Positions 1 through 14,163 of a DNA stretch of 64,000 nt are shown in pieces. Where the stretch lies: NCBI GenBank assembly GCA_964016885.1, contig OZ024740.1, positions 62,186,001 through 62,250,000 of the forward strand, read 5' to 3'. A program made the position numbers and the translations under genes. The notes below the pieces were generated by a model, which worked only from the letters and a program-made list of their open reading frames with translations, was not told the DNA's origin and did no database searches. Positions within the stretch are counted from its first letter, which is position 1. Each line of letters begins with the position of its first letter. This DNA is from Eledone cirrhosa. Lineage: Eukaryota.

Positions 1-2344
1 TATGGCAGGATGGGGGAAGTAGAGAAGACTATCAAGTGACCAGGAGGGAAGCTAGGAGACAAGTGTACTTCGCAAGAAGGGAAGCAGAGGAACGAAAGTT
101 CAAGCATGTTCTACAACGCGAGGACCAAAAATTTGAGGTGTTCAGTATTGCTAGGCAATGTGTCAAGGAAAACCGTGATATTGTCGGGGAGAAGTGTGTC
201 CTTAATGATGATGGTGTACTTGTCATCACTGATGTTGATAAGAAGGTAGCTTGGAAGTGTCACTCCGAAAGGCTATTAAATGAGGAGAATAAATGGGAGA
301 AAGACAGTCTCCCCCACATCGATCCAATAGAGGGACCAGCAGTGCTAGTTGAAGGTAGTATAATAAGTAAGGCAATCAAAGATATGAAGACGGGTAAAGC
401 GGCTGGGCCTTCGGAAATAGTTGCTGAAATGCTGAATGCATCTGAAACGGTGGGACACACTATGGTCACCCGGATAGTAAACCAAGCCATACAGAATGGG
501 GCCGTTCCGAAGGACTGGCGTAGCAGCATCATCATTAACTGCTACAAGGGTAAAGATGCTCTTGATAGGGGTAACTATAGAGGCATTAAATTAATTGACC
601 AGGTCATGAAGGTCACAGAAAAAGTAATAGCGCAACTAATCAGAGAATGCAGTTCGGGTTTGTGTCGGGTAAAAGTACCACAGACGCTCTTTTCATTGTA
701 CGACAACTACAGGAGTAGTACCTAGCTAAAAGTAAACCCCTATACTTAGCTTTTGTTGGCTTGGAGAAAGCCTTTGACAGAGTCCCCCCGCTCCATTATC
801 TGGTGGGCGCTTAGAAAACTAGGTGTTGATGAATGGCTTGTGAGAGCTATACAAGCCATGTATAAAGAAACAGTCACCAAGGTTAGAATTAACAACGAAT
901 ATAGTGAAGAGTTTAGCGTAAAAGTTGGTGTTCATCAGGGCTCCGTTCTTAGCCCCCTACTATTTATTATTGCCCTTCAGGCTATAACAGGAGTTCAAGA
1001 CCGGCTGCCCATGGGAACTCCTATATGCAGATGATCTAACGCTCATAGCTGAATCAATGGCTGAACTAGAGAAGAAATTCCAAACATGGAAGCATGGCCT
1101 AGAATCAAAAGGCCTTAAAGTTAACTTGTCTAAGACTAAAGTTCTAGTTTGTAGGAAGGAAAATAGGGTCCCATCTGGGAAATGGCCATGCTCAGTGTGT
1201 AGGCAGAAACTCCATTTTATGTCCCAAATGCAAAGTATGGGTGCATAAAAGATGTAGTGAGATCACAGGTAAGCTAACTAAGAATATAGATTTTATATGT
1301 GGCCGGTGCTCTGGTGCTATAAGTAGCAGCAAGTGCCCACAGAATACTAGCTCATTCCATTGCACAGATGGTTCTATAGAAATAGTGGACACCTTCCGTT
1401 ACCTGGGTGACAAAATCAGCAGTGGTGGAGGGTGCTCTGAAAGTACAGTAGCTAGAGTCAGAACGGGATGGAAAAAGTTCAGAGAGCTTATACCACTATT
1501 GGCCGCTAAAGGGTTCTCTCTAAAAATGAAAGGCAGGCTGTATGATGCCTGCATACGAACAGCAATGTTACATGGCAGTGAGACCTGGGCCTTGTGTGCA
1601 GAGGATCTGCGCAGACTGGAGAAAAACGAAGCTTGCATGCTCCGCTGGATGTGTAATAGTAATATACGTGAACAGCAAAGCATAAACGAACTAAGGGAGA
1701 AATTAGGAATAAGAGGGATCACATGTTGTTTACTCGAAAGAAGACTACGTTAGTATGATCACGTGATGCGCATGAAAGACGACGGCTGTATAAAAAAGTG
1801 CAGGCCGATAAAAATAGACGGTAGCCACGGAGTAGGCAGACCCAGAAAAACCTGGGACGACTTGATAAATTCCGACCTCACACACTTACACCTCTCCAAG
1901 ACAATGTCACTGGACCGAGATCTTTGGCGCTACACAGTCATACAGAAAACCCGCCTTGCCTAAGTACAAAGCGAAACCTACAGTCAGTAGGCACCTCTAA
2001 CAAAATACACCCCCGTCCCACTACCCCCACCCCATCCACACCACCCGTTCCAATGTAAAGCTATGTTGGTACCACAGCATCCAGGCCGAAACAAATGAGG
2101 TCGTGTTGATGTCACGACAAAAAAACACACAGTCCACGCTGTAATGTGGCCGTGTAGGTAACACGGTAAAAACCTCTCACTCCACACTGTAAACATGGTT
2201 GGTGTTAGGAAGGGCATCCAGCCGTAGAAAACCCGCCAGACAGTCCTATGCGAGCAAGACAACCAATCTTGCCTCAAGTGGGAAAACTCCCGTCCAAACC
2301 CATGCAAGCGTGGAAGATGGACGTTAAACGATGATGATGATGAT
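1..2344 (+). mobile_element. RTE-clade LINE family A, frameshifted copy (5' end outside the window)
   Basis: Broken ORFs at 36-725, 753-1034, 1057-1248, 1241-1753 and 1763-1963 carry RT motifs (NYRGIKL, QGSVLSPLLF, YADD, FRYLG, GRPRKTW). The 3' UTR ends GGACGTTAAAC(GAT)n. Confidence 0.95.
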
Positions 2345-2361
2345 ATATATATATATATATA

Positions 2362-2892
2362 AATAAAAAGAGTAAAGACCCCCTTCGATCATGAATGACC
2401 ATGGGGTTTGCACCTAGAAAGTTCCCCTTCGAGGCACATGTTTGGGCAAGGCTGTTTGTGGCAGACCAGCAGTCGCTCATGCATATCAGTCTCCTCTTTC
2501 CATGTCACCAATGTTGCCCAAGGGAAAGACAAAGGCCAGTGGCATCGCAACTCATTTCTACAGCGGAGTAAACTGGAGCAACATGAAATAAAGTGTCTTG
2601 CTCAAGGACACAAAACATTGCCTGGTCCGAGAATCAAACTACAACCTTACAATTGTAAGCCCAACGCTTTACGTATGTGACGGTCAATCGACTTTCGTCA
2701 AATCGGACTGAGGAAACGTTTCCATTGGTCTTTCCAATTGCCAATACTCTCTATCGGTCGCAACTCCAGGTAGAAGGAGCAACATGAAAATAAAGTGTCT
2801 TGCTCAAGGACATAATGCATTGCCCAGTCCAGGAATCAAACTCACAACATCACGATTGCGAATCTAATTCTCTTATCACTCAGTCACATGCC
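2362..2892 (-). mobile_element. tRNA-derived CORE-type SINE(s), two heads
   Basis: GTGTCTTGCTCAAGGACA occurs twice; its reverse complement TGTCCTTGAGCAAGACAC resembles the CORE domain. Each is next to a B-box-like GTTTGATTC on the minus strand. Confidence 0.65.
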
Positions 2893-2930
<38 letters not shown>

Positions 2931-2940
2931 CACACACACT

Positions 2941-3579
2941 GATTAGAGAGAAACGAAGCCTGCATGCTCCGATGGATGTGTAATAGTAATATACGCGAAC
3001 GACAAAGCATAAATGAATTGAGAGAGAGACTGAGCATAAGAGGAATCAAATGCTGTGTGCAGGAGAGGCGGCTGTGTTGGTATGGACATGTGATGCGTAT
3101 GAAGGATGACAGCTGCATAAAAAGGTGCAGAGCACTAGAAGTTGATGGAAACCGCGGAGTGGGGAGACCCAAGATGACCTGGGATGAGGTGATAAAAGCC
3201 GACCTTACTCAATTACACCTCTCAAAGACATGACACGCGACCGTGACCTCTGGTGTCACGCAGTAATACAGAGAACCCGACCTCCCATGGGTACAAGCTG
3301 AAGCATATAGACAATATGCCCCCACACCCCCCCACTGCAAGGTGGTCGTGGAGGTGCCACGGCAAAAAAGCACCCAGCCCACACTGTTTAGTGTGCGTGT
3401 AGGCACCACGAAAAAGCACCCAGCACTCACTGTAAATGAGGTTGGTGTTAGAAATCAAGCCAAATCAGTTCCTGTATGAGCAAGGCATGGTCAGCCGACC
3501 AGACACTGCCCACAACAGGACAACCCGTCTAACCCATGCTAGCGTGGAAGAACGGACGTAAAACGGTGATGATGATGAT
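2941..3579 (+). mobile_element. RTE LINE family B, 5'-truncated 3' fragment
   Basis: ORF 2964-3233 is nearly identical to the C-terminus of ORF 40818-42890. Family-B 3' UTR and (GAT)n tail present. Confidence 0.93.
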
Positions 3580-3789
3580 ATATATATATATATATACACC
3601 ATGCTGGTATGGGTTGGAAGAGAACAATGTTTTGCTTGTATGTTCCAGTTCAGGAATTAAACCCACAACCTTATCATTGTGAGTCCAATACTCTAACCAC
3701 TACATCATGTGCCTCAGTCATTATATATGCTAACAGGAGTTAGACAGATTGTCATAGTCTCAGACCAGATGAATTGGACCAACTCATCT

Positions 3790-5930
3790 TGCTCATTGCA
3801 TTCCATATTTGGCATGGTTTCTATGGACCTTCTTAATGTACTTGTGATACCTTTACAAATTAGACTGAATGCATTTTATCGTGGCACTAACTAACACTTT
3901 ACAGGTTGTACTGGGTGCATTTTATTGTGGAACCAGCTCTAGAGAGGATATCACAGTCTAGGCTAGACTAAAGAGTCCTCTCAAACAATACATTGTCTTC
4001 ATTTGATTGCCAAACACTGTAGCCTCTGGTCTGTCACTGCGTTTACTTTTCATATCACTATGCTTGTTGTAGCAAATTAGTCTTTTGTATTATGACATAT
4101 CACCGGTCAACTCAGTCTTCAGTTTTATCCTTCGTGAGGTTTAGTTTCTTGAGGTCATTCTTCACAACTTTGTCCTATGTTTTCCTTGGTCTCTCTTTGC
4201 CATAGGTTCCATCCACAACAAGTGCTTGGCACTTTTGTTTTATACATCTCTCACTTATACATCACATGACCATACCAGTGGAAGCATCTCTCTTGCTTGC
4301 TACATTCAATTCTGCTTATACTCAACTTCTTCTCAGTTGTTCATGTACATTGGCATTATACTTCTAGCAGAGTATGCATGTTTCATTTCTTTTTAGCTAC
4401 TGCAAGTCTTCTGCACTTGTGGCCCATGTCTCACTGCTATACAGCATTGCAGTTCAAAAACTTGCATCATATAATCTGCCTTTCACTCTGAGAGACAAGC
4501 CCTCTGTTGCCAGCAAAGGTAAATACTCCTTGAACATCTTCCATCCTGTTCTCACTCTGGCGATAACATTTTCAGTGCATCCATCTTCACTTCTAATGAT
4601 ATCACACCGATAACAAAAGCTTTCTCTCATTTTCAGTGAACCGTCTGGATATTTGAGAGAGTTTATTTTTTTAATACCCTTACTGATGACTACTTTTATA
4701 CCTCTGCTACATACAAAATCTACCTTCTTTGTAAGCTGACCTGTGATACCCCTATATCACCTGTGTCCATAGTCTACACTGAGTACACCATGTGGACTTC
4801 CTTCTGACTCCCTTTCTACACATTGAGCTCGATGGTATCAGTGTCTTATCCTTTTTCCTACTTACTAAATGTTTAGTCTTTGTTAGGTTTACTTAGAAGC
4901 CATTTCAGAGCAGATTTTGCTTTCATGTCTGGAAGGATGACAGCTGCATAAAAAGGTGCAGAGCACTAGAAGTCAATGGAAACCGCAGAGTGGGGAGACC
5001 CAAGAAGACCTGGGATGAGGTGATAAAAGCCGACCTTACCTAATTACACGTCTCAAAGGCGATGACACACGAGCGTGACCTCTGGCATCATGTAGTAATA
5101 CAGAGTACCTAACCTCCCATGGGTACAAGCTGAAGCATATAGACAATATGCCCCCACACTCTCCCACTGCAAAGTGGTCGTGGAGGTGCTACGGCAAAAA
5201 AGCACCCAGCCCACACTGTAAAGTGTACGTGTAGGCGCCACGGAAAAAAGCACCCAGCACTCACTGTAAATGAGGTTGGTGTTAGGAAGGGCATCCAGCT
5301 GTAGAAACCAAGCAGACACTGACACTGCCCACAACAGGACAACCCGACTAACCCATGCTAGCATGGAAGAACGGACATAAAACATGATGATGATGAATTT
5401 CTGTAGTTCTTGTATCATTTTGAATTCTTGGTATGACCTGAGGACGGAGCCTTGGTGAAATCCTGCCTACATACTAAACTCCTCACTGTACTCATTGCCA
5501 AGTCTTACCTTGCTGGTTGTACATGACCTCTACAGCCCTCACAAAGCATTCTGCTCTCTATAGTTTCCTAAGTGACTACCAAATTACAGAGCATAAGATT
5601 CTGTCAAAGGCCTTTTCCAGATTGACAAACACTAGACATTTGTTATTCTTAGCTAAATACTTCTGCCACTGTCTAACTAAGAAGATGGCACTCATAGTGT
5701 TTCTCCCAAACACTGAGCCAAACTTGCATTTCATCAAGATTAATTCTGTCCCTAATTAATTGTGCAATAACTTTCTGTAACTTTCATAACCTGATCCAAT
5801 AGTCTGAATACCTGGATAATTTCCTTTGCTCTTGTAGCAGTTGATAACGAAGTTGCTATGCTAGTCATTGAATATGACATCTTTCTGCACAACCTGATTA
5901 ACTGTGCATGTGACTTATCTTGTTACCTAC
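3790..5930 (-). mobile_element. Old degenerate RTE LINE, interrupted by a younger RTE-B insertion
   Basis: Minus strand shows decayed homology to the RTE RT and C-terminal region (reverse complements of the ARVRTGWK, WYGHV, DLEKAFD and QGSV motifs). Boundaries approximate. Confidence 0.8.
4932..5396 (+). mobile_element. RTE LINE family B 3' fragment, nested
   Basis: Matches 3100-3579 and the reverse complement of 40510-41020. (GAT)n tail present. Confidence 0.92.
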
Positions 5931-7759
5931 TCCACAATATAGTTTAACCATCTCAGCAACAATTCCTATATATAATTGTAGTGTGTTATGTAAAAGGTAT
6001 TTTAGTTTGTTGGTAATTTTGTCCTCTAGTTTTATCAACTGCAGATAGTAAAAGAAGTATTGTGGGATTTGAGAATAAATACTATGGAAGCAAGAATTTT
6101 TTCACTTAACACATACTTCATACAAATTTGTGAATTATGTGCTGAGTACAATATAATTGATGATTAAATGATTAATTAGTCATTATGACATTGGCAAATT
6201 ATTTGTAAACAAGACTGGTGACCTGGTTTTGTATGGAGATCATTAAAAATTTAATATTGGATAAATGATAGATAGCATCAGTGAATGTACATTTTGTGTA
6301 ATGCTGTTTATATGCAGTGACTGAAAATAATGCAGCTTAATATGCATGCATTATATTTATAAGCCAAGTCATATGAATTTGTTAAGGAATATAGCTAGGC
6401 TAATGAACTCTGTGCTGGATGATATTATGCTATAAAACATCAGACATTTTATTCACCTGAGAGAAATAGCAGCTAAATCTTACTCATGAAATCACACTTT
6501 ACTTTTTTTTATATTAACCTGTCTAAAACTACTTCATATTTTTTTTTTTAATATGATATCATCTGTTTTAAAACTGCTCATTGTAATTTTATTTAAGAAT
6601 TTTATTTAAGAACATTTTTTGTTAAGATGTTTGAAATAGTCTCTTTATAGCCAAAGTTATTTTACTAATTCCCTCCACGTTATTTTAAAAGTTAATTTGG
6701 AAATATAGGCAGTATATTTCATGAAAAATAATAAGGAAGGATTAAAAATGACAGACTTCTTATAGCTGGAATACCTTTGATCATATATCTGTTTAATCAA
6801 AACTGACCTGAGGTTAAACAACATAGCAACATTGATTGCTGCTGTTTCGATTAAAGAAACAGCCTTCAAATATGAATTTTTTTCTTATTAGAATTTTCAT
6901 AAAAACAGAGATGGGTTATTTCAGTATGTTAATTATCTTATCAACTTTACATGGGTGACTAACTCCTGTGAGGTAGAACTTAAACCAAATTCTGTCATAG
7001 AATAACTGTTTTGTGCCAGACTACTAAACATAGAATGGCTTTTGCCAAGTTACCTTCCCGTGTGTTTTCAGAGCTAAAATATAATTGAGTCAGTTGATAC
7101 CAGACCAGTTTTCCCAGAAGTACTTTTGTTGTATTGATCCAACAAATAAAGATGTCTTCAACAAAAATACCATTTTGTCTGCTGGGACCATGACAGATTT
7201 CCTAGACACACTGTTATTTTCTTTAGTTATTGTATTCAAGAAATGAAAATGTATTAAATTTCTGGACTAGTAACAGTGAAAAGGTGAGACCAAATATTCT
7301 GTCTTAGCAGTTATTTCCAATAAGGGTTATGGTCTTATCTGAAGTAGAAATGAAATGTCTAACTGGGTAGCCTGATCTTTTGGGATATATCCACTGTTAG
7401 ACAAGGTACTTTGTTCTATAAACCCCTCTTTATGTAGCTGACAGAATAGCTGTTTGTCGATTCATACATGAGAAAGAGATAAATGAACTATCCAGTTAAA
7501 TATTCACCCCTCTATCATACAATGTTTTCAGCTGCTATAGATAAGCATAAACTTCATGATCTTACTGTTACTCATGAAGACATTACCAAGCTCTGAAATA
7601 AAATTCAACTAAATCATGATGTGGCTGGAAAATTGCTATTGGACTTTAGGTGACTGCCTTTATTGTTTTTTTTTTTCCATTGCTTAATCAGAATTCATAA
7701 CCACTTTCAGAGCCTCCAATGTTGTTGGTAAGGAGGGCAGAAAGTATCCTCTAACTGGA

Positions 7760-8115
7760 GACCGGGCTCAAATGCTAAAGGCTCCCAATGACAAGGTAGT
7801 AGTGTTAAATCAGATAATTGCTTAAGTCTACCATTTCAGTAGGTATCAGTGGGATTTGAACTCAAAATGCAATAAGCTGGAATACAAGGCATATTGTTTG
7901 ATGCTCTAGCAACCCACTAATCTGAACTGGTGCTTTATTCTAATGACACTGAAAAGATGAATGACAAAATTGGCCTTGGTGAGATTTTAACTCAGAGCAC
8001 AGAGAGCAAAGCATCTTGTCTGACACTAACAATTTTATCATTCTATCACCCTTCATTGGCACTTGAATTTTTTGCTACCAAAAAGATGAAAAGTGAAGTT
8101 GACCTTGGGTTTTGA
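7760..8115 (-). mobile_element. Degenerate tandem tRNA-SINE copies (same family as 55357)
   Basis: Repeated GATGAAAxGxAAAGTTGACCTT / GGGATTTGAACTC modules. Confidence 0.55.
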
Positions 8116-9132
8116 AGGATCATTTCATAAGTATGTCTTGCAACAGTATCTGATACATTATTTATTGAAAGAAAAATCATTTTCTTTTAATTTTCATTGA
8201 GAAGTCATTCCTGAACTTGACACCAGTAGCTTTGCATCAATTACAAAGCAACAGAGCAAAAAGAACAAAGCCAATTCTTAAGGTATTAACTTGAGATTTA
8301 TTTGAGTAAAATAAGAGCTTGAAAGTGATATATGGTATCTCTCTCTCAACGACATTGGTTCATGAAGTACACACTTATCTCTATATTTTAAGCATGAATT
8401 TATGTTTCATATAAAATATAATACGCAGTATTTAAGAGGAAAGATTGAAAACATATGTTGCTATCTAACAAATATACAAACTAATAGACAGAATGTAAGT
8501 AATTTAATATTGCAAAAACTTTACAGTATACCATTCTTTCTCTTATCTATGCAAAAATATTCTTATGATGTAATATTAAATATGAACATAGAATCTATCT
8601 TGAGATTAACCTTTAAAAGATATCAGTTTAAAAACATACAAACGCACTTGAATCATACACCTTTCCACATCTCATCATCACTATTGTTTCTCACCTCATA
8701 GACTCCATTCTAAATACTCTTCTTTTCTTTCTTCTCTGGAATTGCAATTCAATTTTTTCTACAAATACCAATCAGCAGCAGTTCTTGTTGAACATTAGCT
8801 GCATTGATGCCAGTTGTACTATAAGGCACTATTGTTTTCCCCCTAATTGTCTCAGAACAAAAGCATGGCATATTGAACAAGATATAGACATAAATTCTCC
8901 TGATGGGGCAAAACATGGGATGGTCAGTGTTGGTATATCATTGAGTTCACCTGGGATTAAGCAATTATTAAGTAATAATTAAAAAAATCAGTTTAATGAA
9001 ATATAACCAAAATTACTTTTATTACAATAATGTTTTATTAACACTAAATCTTAGATCTATGTACTTCATTTTATGACACTGTTCTAGCTATAACATTTAG
9101 TGATTGATGTATGAGATGTATTATTGTGGTTG

Positions 9133-9902
9133 TCATCATCATAATTTTACTTTAATTTTCCCATGCTTGCATAAGTTGGATGGGTTTTCTTCAGCACAAC
9201 ATCACATCATTTATCGCAGTCCGTTGTCGTCTATTTCACCACTTATTCTCATGCCTTCCACTTGGCACCTCTATACCCAACTGCTATCTTCCATGCACTT
9301 TGTGACTGTACCAGCTTAGTCTCTTGCACACTACATTTTATTCCTAGTATACTGAGTTTTCCTCTCTCATCTTATTTGTTGTCTGTTGTTCAGGCACACT
9401 TATAGTAAACATTTGACTGTGCATGCTTGCCACATTTCTTTCCAGCTTTTTCACATTCCCTGCATTTAATGCTTATGTTTCTCTACCATGCAACATTAAA
9501 CTTGGTACACATGCATCATACTATCTTCCCTTCCTTGAGAGAGTGGAGTGAGTGTGAGAGAGAGAGAGTCTCTTTGTTGCCAGCAAAGGTAATAGAAACC
9601 TCAACTTTGTCACCCATTAGTTCAATTTACTTCATAATTTGGCTTTTCTGGTTTCAGAACTCATTTCCACCTAGGCTACAGAACCTGTCAACTATTTCTA
9701 AGTATCTTCTGAGTATTTGAAGAATATATTTCATATGTACTCACACTGCTTTCTAACTGCTCCCATGCATCTGTGATATATACAATCTTTCTTTGTCAAT
9801 CTGCTTGTGATTACACTGCACCTTTTGTGCACCCATAGTTAATATATATTACACCATATTAAATGCCTACCTACTCCTTTTCTGTATATCAAGCATGACC
9901 GC
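9133..9902 (-). mobile_element. Old RTE LINE 3' fragment
   Basis: (CAT)n tail and TTCCCATGCTTGCAT at the left end, followed by decayed RT C-terminal homology. Confidence 0.75.
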
Positions 9903-9904
9903 GT

Positions 9905-10573
9905 CCGAAAATTTGAAACCATTTGACCTTAGAATCAAATAAGCTTAGAGTAAAGTTGGAGAAAACTAAAGTTTTACTAAGTTGGAAAGAAGAGAGGACT
10001 CTGATCCTTGCTCAATATGTAGAAAGGGATTAGGTAAGAATTCTATGCAATGTACACAATATAACTTGGGTACACAAGAGGTGTAGTGGGATAGCAGGCA
10101 GACTAACAGAAAAAGTAGACATTGTATGAAGCAAATGCACAGGGATAATTAGTAGTAAGAGCATCTGCGAAATAAACTTTTTCCAATCCCAGAAAGGCTC
10201 CTTAGAAGTGGTTGAAAGCTTCTGCAATAAAATTATTTGGGAAGGAGGGTACTCTGAGAGCATAGTAGCTAATGTAAGAACAAGATGGAACATTTTCAAG
10301 GAACTACTTCCTCTGTTAACAACAAAAGATTTCTCTCTACAAAAAAAAAGGCCAGTTGCATGGTGCCTGTGTGTTGAGTGCGATATTACACAAGAGCTAG
10401 ACATAGTTAATGAATCCAGAGGATATATGAAGGCTGGAGAGAAATAAAGCAAACATGTTCTGATGGGTGTCCAATGTTAATATAGGTGAACAACAAAGCA
10501 TGTTTGAGCTAATAGAAAAGCTGGGAATAATGGGAATCAGATGTAATGTACAGGAGTGATGAGGATGATGATG
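9905..10573 (+). mobile_element. Old RTE LINE fragment
   Basis: Decayed PCSICRKGLGKNSMQC...WVHKRCSGI and GGYSESIVANVRTRW (ORF 10208-10447). Confidence 0.8.
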
Positions 10574-11001
10574 TTTAGGTGCCCAAAACATACTGGTTCA
10601 ACTTTTACCTCCAATATGTTTTAGTTTAATTTGTGAAGCACAGCCTCAAACCAAGAAAATAAGCAAATTTGATCAATATATCTTTTATTCTATTTTTATC
10701 AATTTTTTGAAAAAATGTAAACATCTTTAATCCTGGCTTCGGATAGTAAGGTAGCACAAAATGGTACTGGCATTCGAAGAGTTAATAATTATTTACAATT
10801 TTTGCCCGAGGAGGCATTGCCTGTCTAGACTACCTAAATGGCATGAACCTGATATATATAAATAATAACTAATGCTGCAGGGCATTCCTGTCATTTTCTG
10901 TTGATTGCTGATAGGTGGTGAAATCATTGTAACTTTTAATGTGATATTCTTACTTAAATGTGTTTGTATGTTTGTACTACTTATTACCTTAGGCAATTAC
11001 T

Positions 11002-11247
11002 TTAACCATCTCATAACTATTTCTAAGGAAATACACTGTATTTTAATTAATTTATGAAGAATTTGGAGGGTTATATTAGAAGTATTGTTTCATTATTAAG
11101 ATGGTATTTATAACCTAATTTAACAAATATTTTTTTAATAAAATTATGTAGGTAAGTTTTGATTTAAAGTGGAACCGTTTTAAATGGATGGCTTTGTTTC
11201 GTAGAAAATGAGGTGGATTTGGGCAGGTTGGTATCAAAAGGGCTTAA
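11002..11247 (+). mobile_element. TTAA-flanked MITE family 3 (piggyBac-like), about 245 bp
   Basis: TTAA ends and a right terminus GGTTGGTATCAAAAGGG. Homologous copies at about 14900-15055, 20349-20596, 25390-25553, 26110-26340, 47817-48065 and 55692-55900. Confidence 0.6.
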
Positions 11248-13560
11248 GAATGGTTGACATGTTAATAAACAATCATTTGGGGCAGGAAAGAGCAATGTCT
11301 TTCCCACTTGCTTTGTTTGTCTTGCTATCCATTTCTTACATAAGTATTTTGTGATTCAAGTAAATATTGGTTATGAGTTTTCAATTGAAGAAATATCCTG
11401 AATCTTGATATATTGACAACAAATTAGAAATGTATTGATTTTTGTTTTTAATTTGCAGATTAGTAAAATATTATTATAAAATTTCTGTGGATGTATATTT
11501 GAGTTGGGAATTATTTTGATTGTGCTTATTGCTAAAATATATTAAGTTAATTCGTATTGACGTCAGAGTATTGCTGTTTTGTCAAAACCTCAATCTATTT
11601 TTAGAATTTGAAGCACAAGTGACATTGTAAATAGTATTGAAGAAGCTTGTATTTAAAAAAAACAAAAAACATTGTTATATATTTTAATGCTACTACATAT
11701 ATGTGCGTGTGTGTGAGAGAGTATTTTAACGTTCATTTCTGAAGCTTTTATTAATTGAGTGGTTTTGAAATCCAGATATCTAAACATGAATTGTTGGAGC
11801 TAATATTTTACAGTTAGATCTTTCTTTATGCTAACAGTTTACACCTAAATGGGAGTGGATCTAATTTTCAACTAGGTTGGTTTAGCTTATAATATTGTCT
11901 TGCCTAAGAACATATTGCAGTGTGCAGTGATAATTCCATGATTTCAGCAATATCACTATTCAATATGTCTGTACTCTAGTCACTTAGCCATTACACTTCA
12001 GTCATAGTTTCAAGTAGGTTGAAAAGTGTATATTCCTCTAATAGTCAAACAGTACATTACAAAAGAAAAAGGCTTATATGATTTGTCCTATATAATCAAA
12101 TATGTGTTACCTCTTTACTGTGATAATTGAGAAACAATGACTGTGAGGTTATGGTATAAATATATGAACCTTAGTCAGTTTTGACAATAAGTGTTCAATT
12201 TCTTTAACCAACTGAATACTTTACTCATTAAACTAACATATAAGTGGCTGAGTATTCAATAGACATGTCTGCCCTTAACATAATCCATGGAGATTCAGCA
12301 TGAAATTGTGTGGCAAGGCTGGACCTTTCAATTACTAGTATAGTCTTATATATCCAACAGGCTTCAAAACACTTTCTGACTCCCTAATTTCACTCACAAA
12401 GCTTAGGTTGACCTGAGGCTATGATAAAAAACATTTGTTCAAAATACCATGGAGTGGGATTAAACCAAGAATCTTATGAATTCAAAGCAAACCTCTTTAC
12501 CATTTGGCCATGAGTTTGGAAATGAAGGTGCTAACCAACTAGCTACATGGTTATATGTTCAAATCTTCTTACATGTTATTACTCTGCTTACATTACGACA
12601 GATATCATGTCTACTTCACTGTTATTGTTTGGGAATAGGAGGAAGTGGAGGACATCTAACTGTAGGAATACTTGTTCTAACATGAATGGAATTAAGTAGA
12701 ATGTTTCTCAATCATGAGGTCCTGGGTTCGATCACACTAAGTATCATCTTGGTTAAATGACTTTTACCATAGCTGTCGGTTGACCTAAGCCTTGTGAAAA
12801 CTGTAGATTGAAACTGCTTGAAAGCTTGTTGGTTGGATTTTTACCTGAAATTCAAAGATTTAGATTTGCGACACTCCCTTTTATCATACTGATTTAGTCT
12901 ATGAATTATGTTAAAGGTATAGGCCTCTAGAATACACAGCTCTTTAAACACATTAATGAGTAGGCCATCCCATTGATTGAACAACAAGAACATTCATCAT
13001 TGAAGTCAACAGAGGTCCATTTGCTTACTGATGTCCAATTTACAAATGTCAGACATACCCATTTTAGCACATTAGCTGCAATAGTGATGTTAAGTAAGAT
13101 TAAGTTAACATAAACCATAGATCACAAGTATTTTTTTGCTGTCTCTTACAATATTCATATTAACTCGATTTTGTATTAGAGAAATACACTTTCACTTTAT
13201 GAATGTCAGTATTTGAAAGAAAACTGGCAAACACCCCAAAAACCTCCTATGAAATGCTCCCTCATAGGAGGCTGGCTAAACCTACAATGGTATGAGCTAT
13301 AACAACAGTCGCGCTCAGTGAGCAATACAGTTTTCATTTCTGATTGAAACCCATTTCAATTAAATCCAGTTGTACCAACAATGTCCTTGGGAAAAAATAT
13401 CTATGTCACATTACAACATTGCCTACTCATGTAAATCTGGCGTGTTTTTCATTGTAAAGAGAGAAAGAGAGAGATTTGAAGGAAATCTGTCATAGTAGTT
13501 TACTTGCTGACAAATCAGTCAAGAAGCAAATCACATAAACAGTTGATAATAATAATAATA

Positions 13561-14163
13561 ATGGCTTCTGCTTTAGGCACAAGACCAAAATTTGGGGAGT
13601 AGTGGAAAGTCGATTAAATCTACCCCTGTGCATTACTGGTACTTTATTTTATCACCCCCCTTGGGATGAAAGGCAAAGCTAACCTCGGTGGGATTTAAAC
13701 TCAGAACGTAAAGGGATGTAACTCTGTGCTGCTAAACATGTCCAACGTTCTACCGATTCTGCCAATTCTGCCAATCCATAATAATAATTGTTTCTACTTT
13801 TGGCACAAGGCCAGCAATTACCCCAGTACATTACTGTTGCTTTGTTTTATCGACTCTGTAAAGATGAAAGACAAAGTTAACCTCTGCAGGATTTAAACTC
13901 AGAACGTAAAGGGACGTAACTCTATGCTGCTAAACATGTCCAACGCTCTATCGATTCTGCCAATCCATAATAATTGTTTCTACTTTTGGTACCAGGCCAG
14001 CAATTATCCCAGTGCATTACTGGTACTTTATTTTATTGACCCTGTAAGGATGAAAGGCAAAGTTAACCTCGGCGGGATTTGAACTCGGATCATAAAGGGA
14101 GGTAACTCTATGCTTCAAAGCATAGCGCCCGACCCTCTACCGATACTGCCAATCCACCAATAA
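13561..14163 (-). mobile_element. Head-to-tail trimer of a ~190-bp tRNA-derived SINE
   Basis: Three consecutive units (about 13561-13785, 13786-13970, 13971-14163), each the reverse complement of 55357-55547. Confidence 0.88.

Noticed and set aside
13561-14163. CRISPR-like or tRNA gene array
   Set aside because: The units are ~190-bp SINEs with no unique spacers, and the heads do not form a full cloverleaf. The context is eukaryotic.
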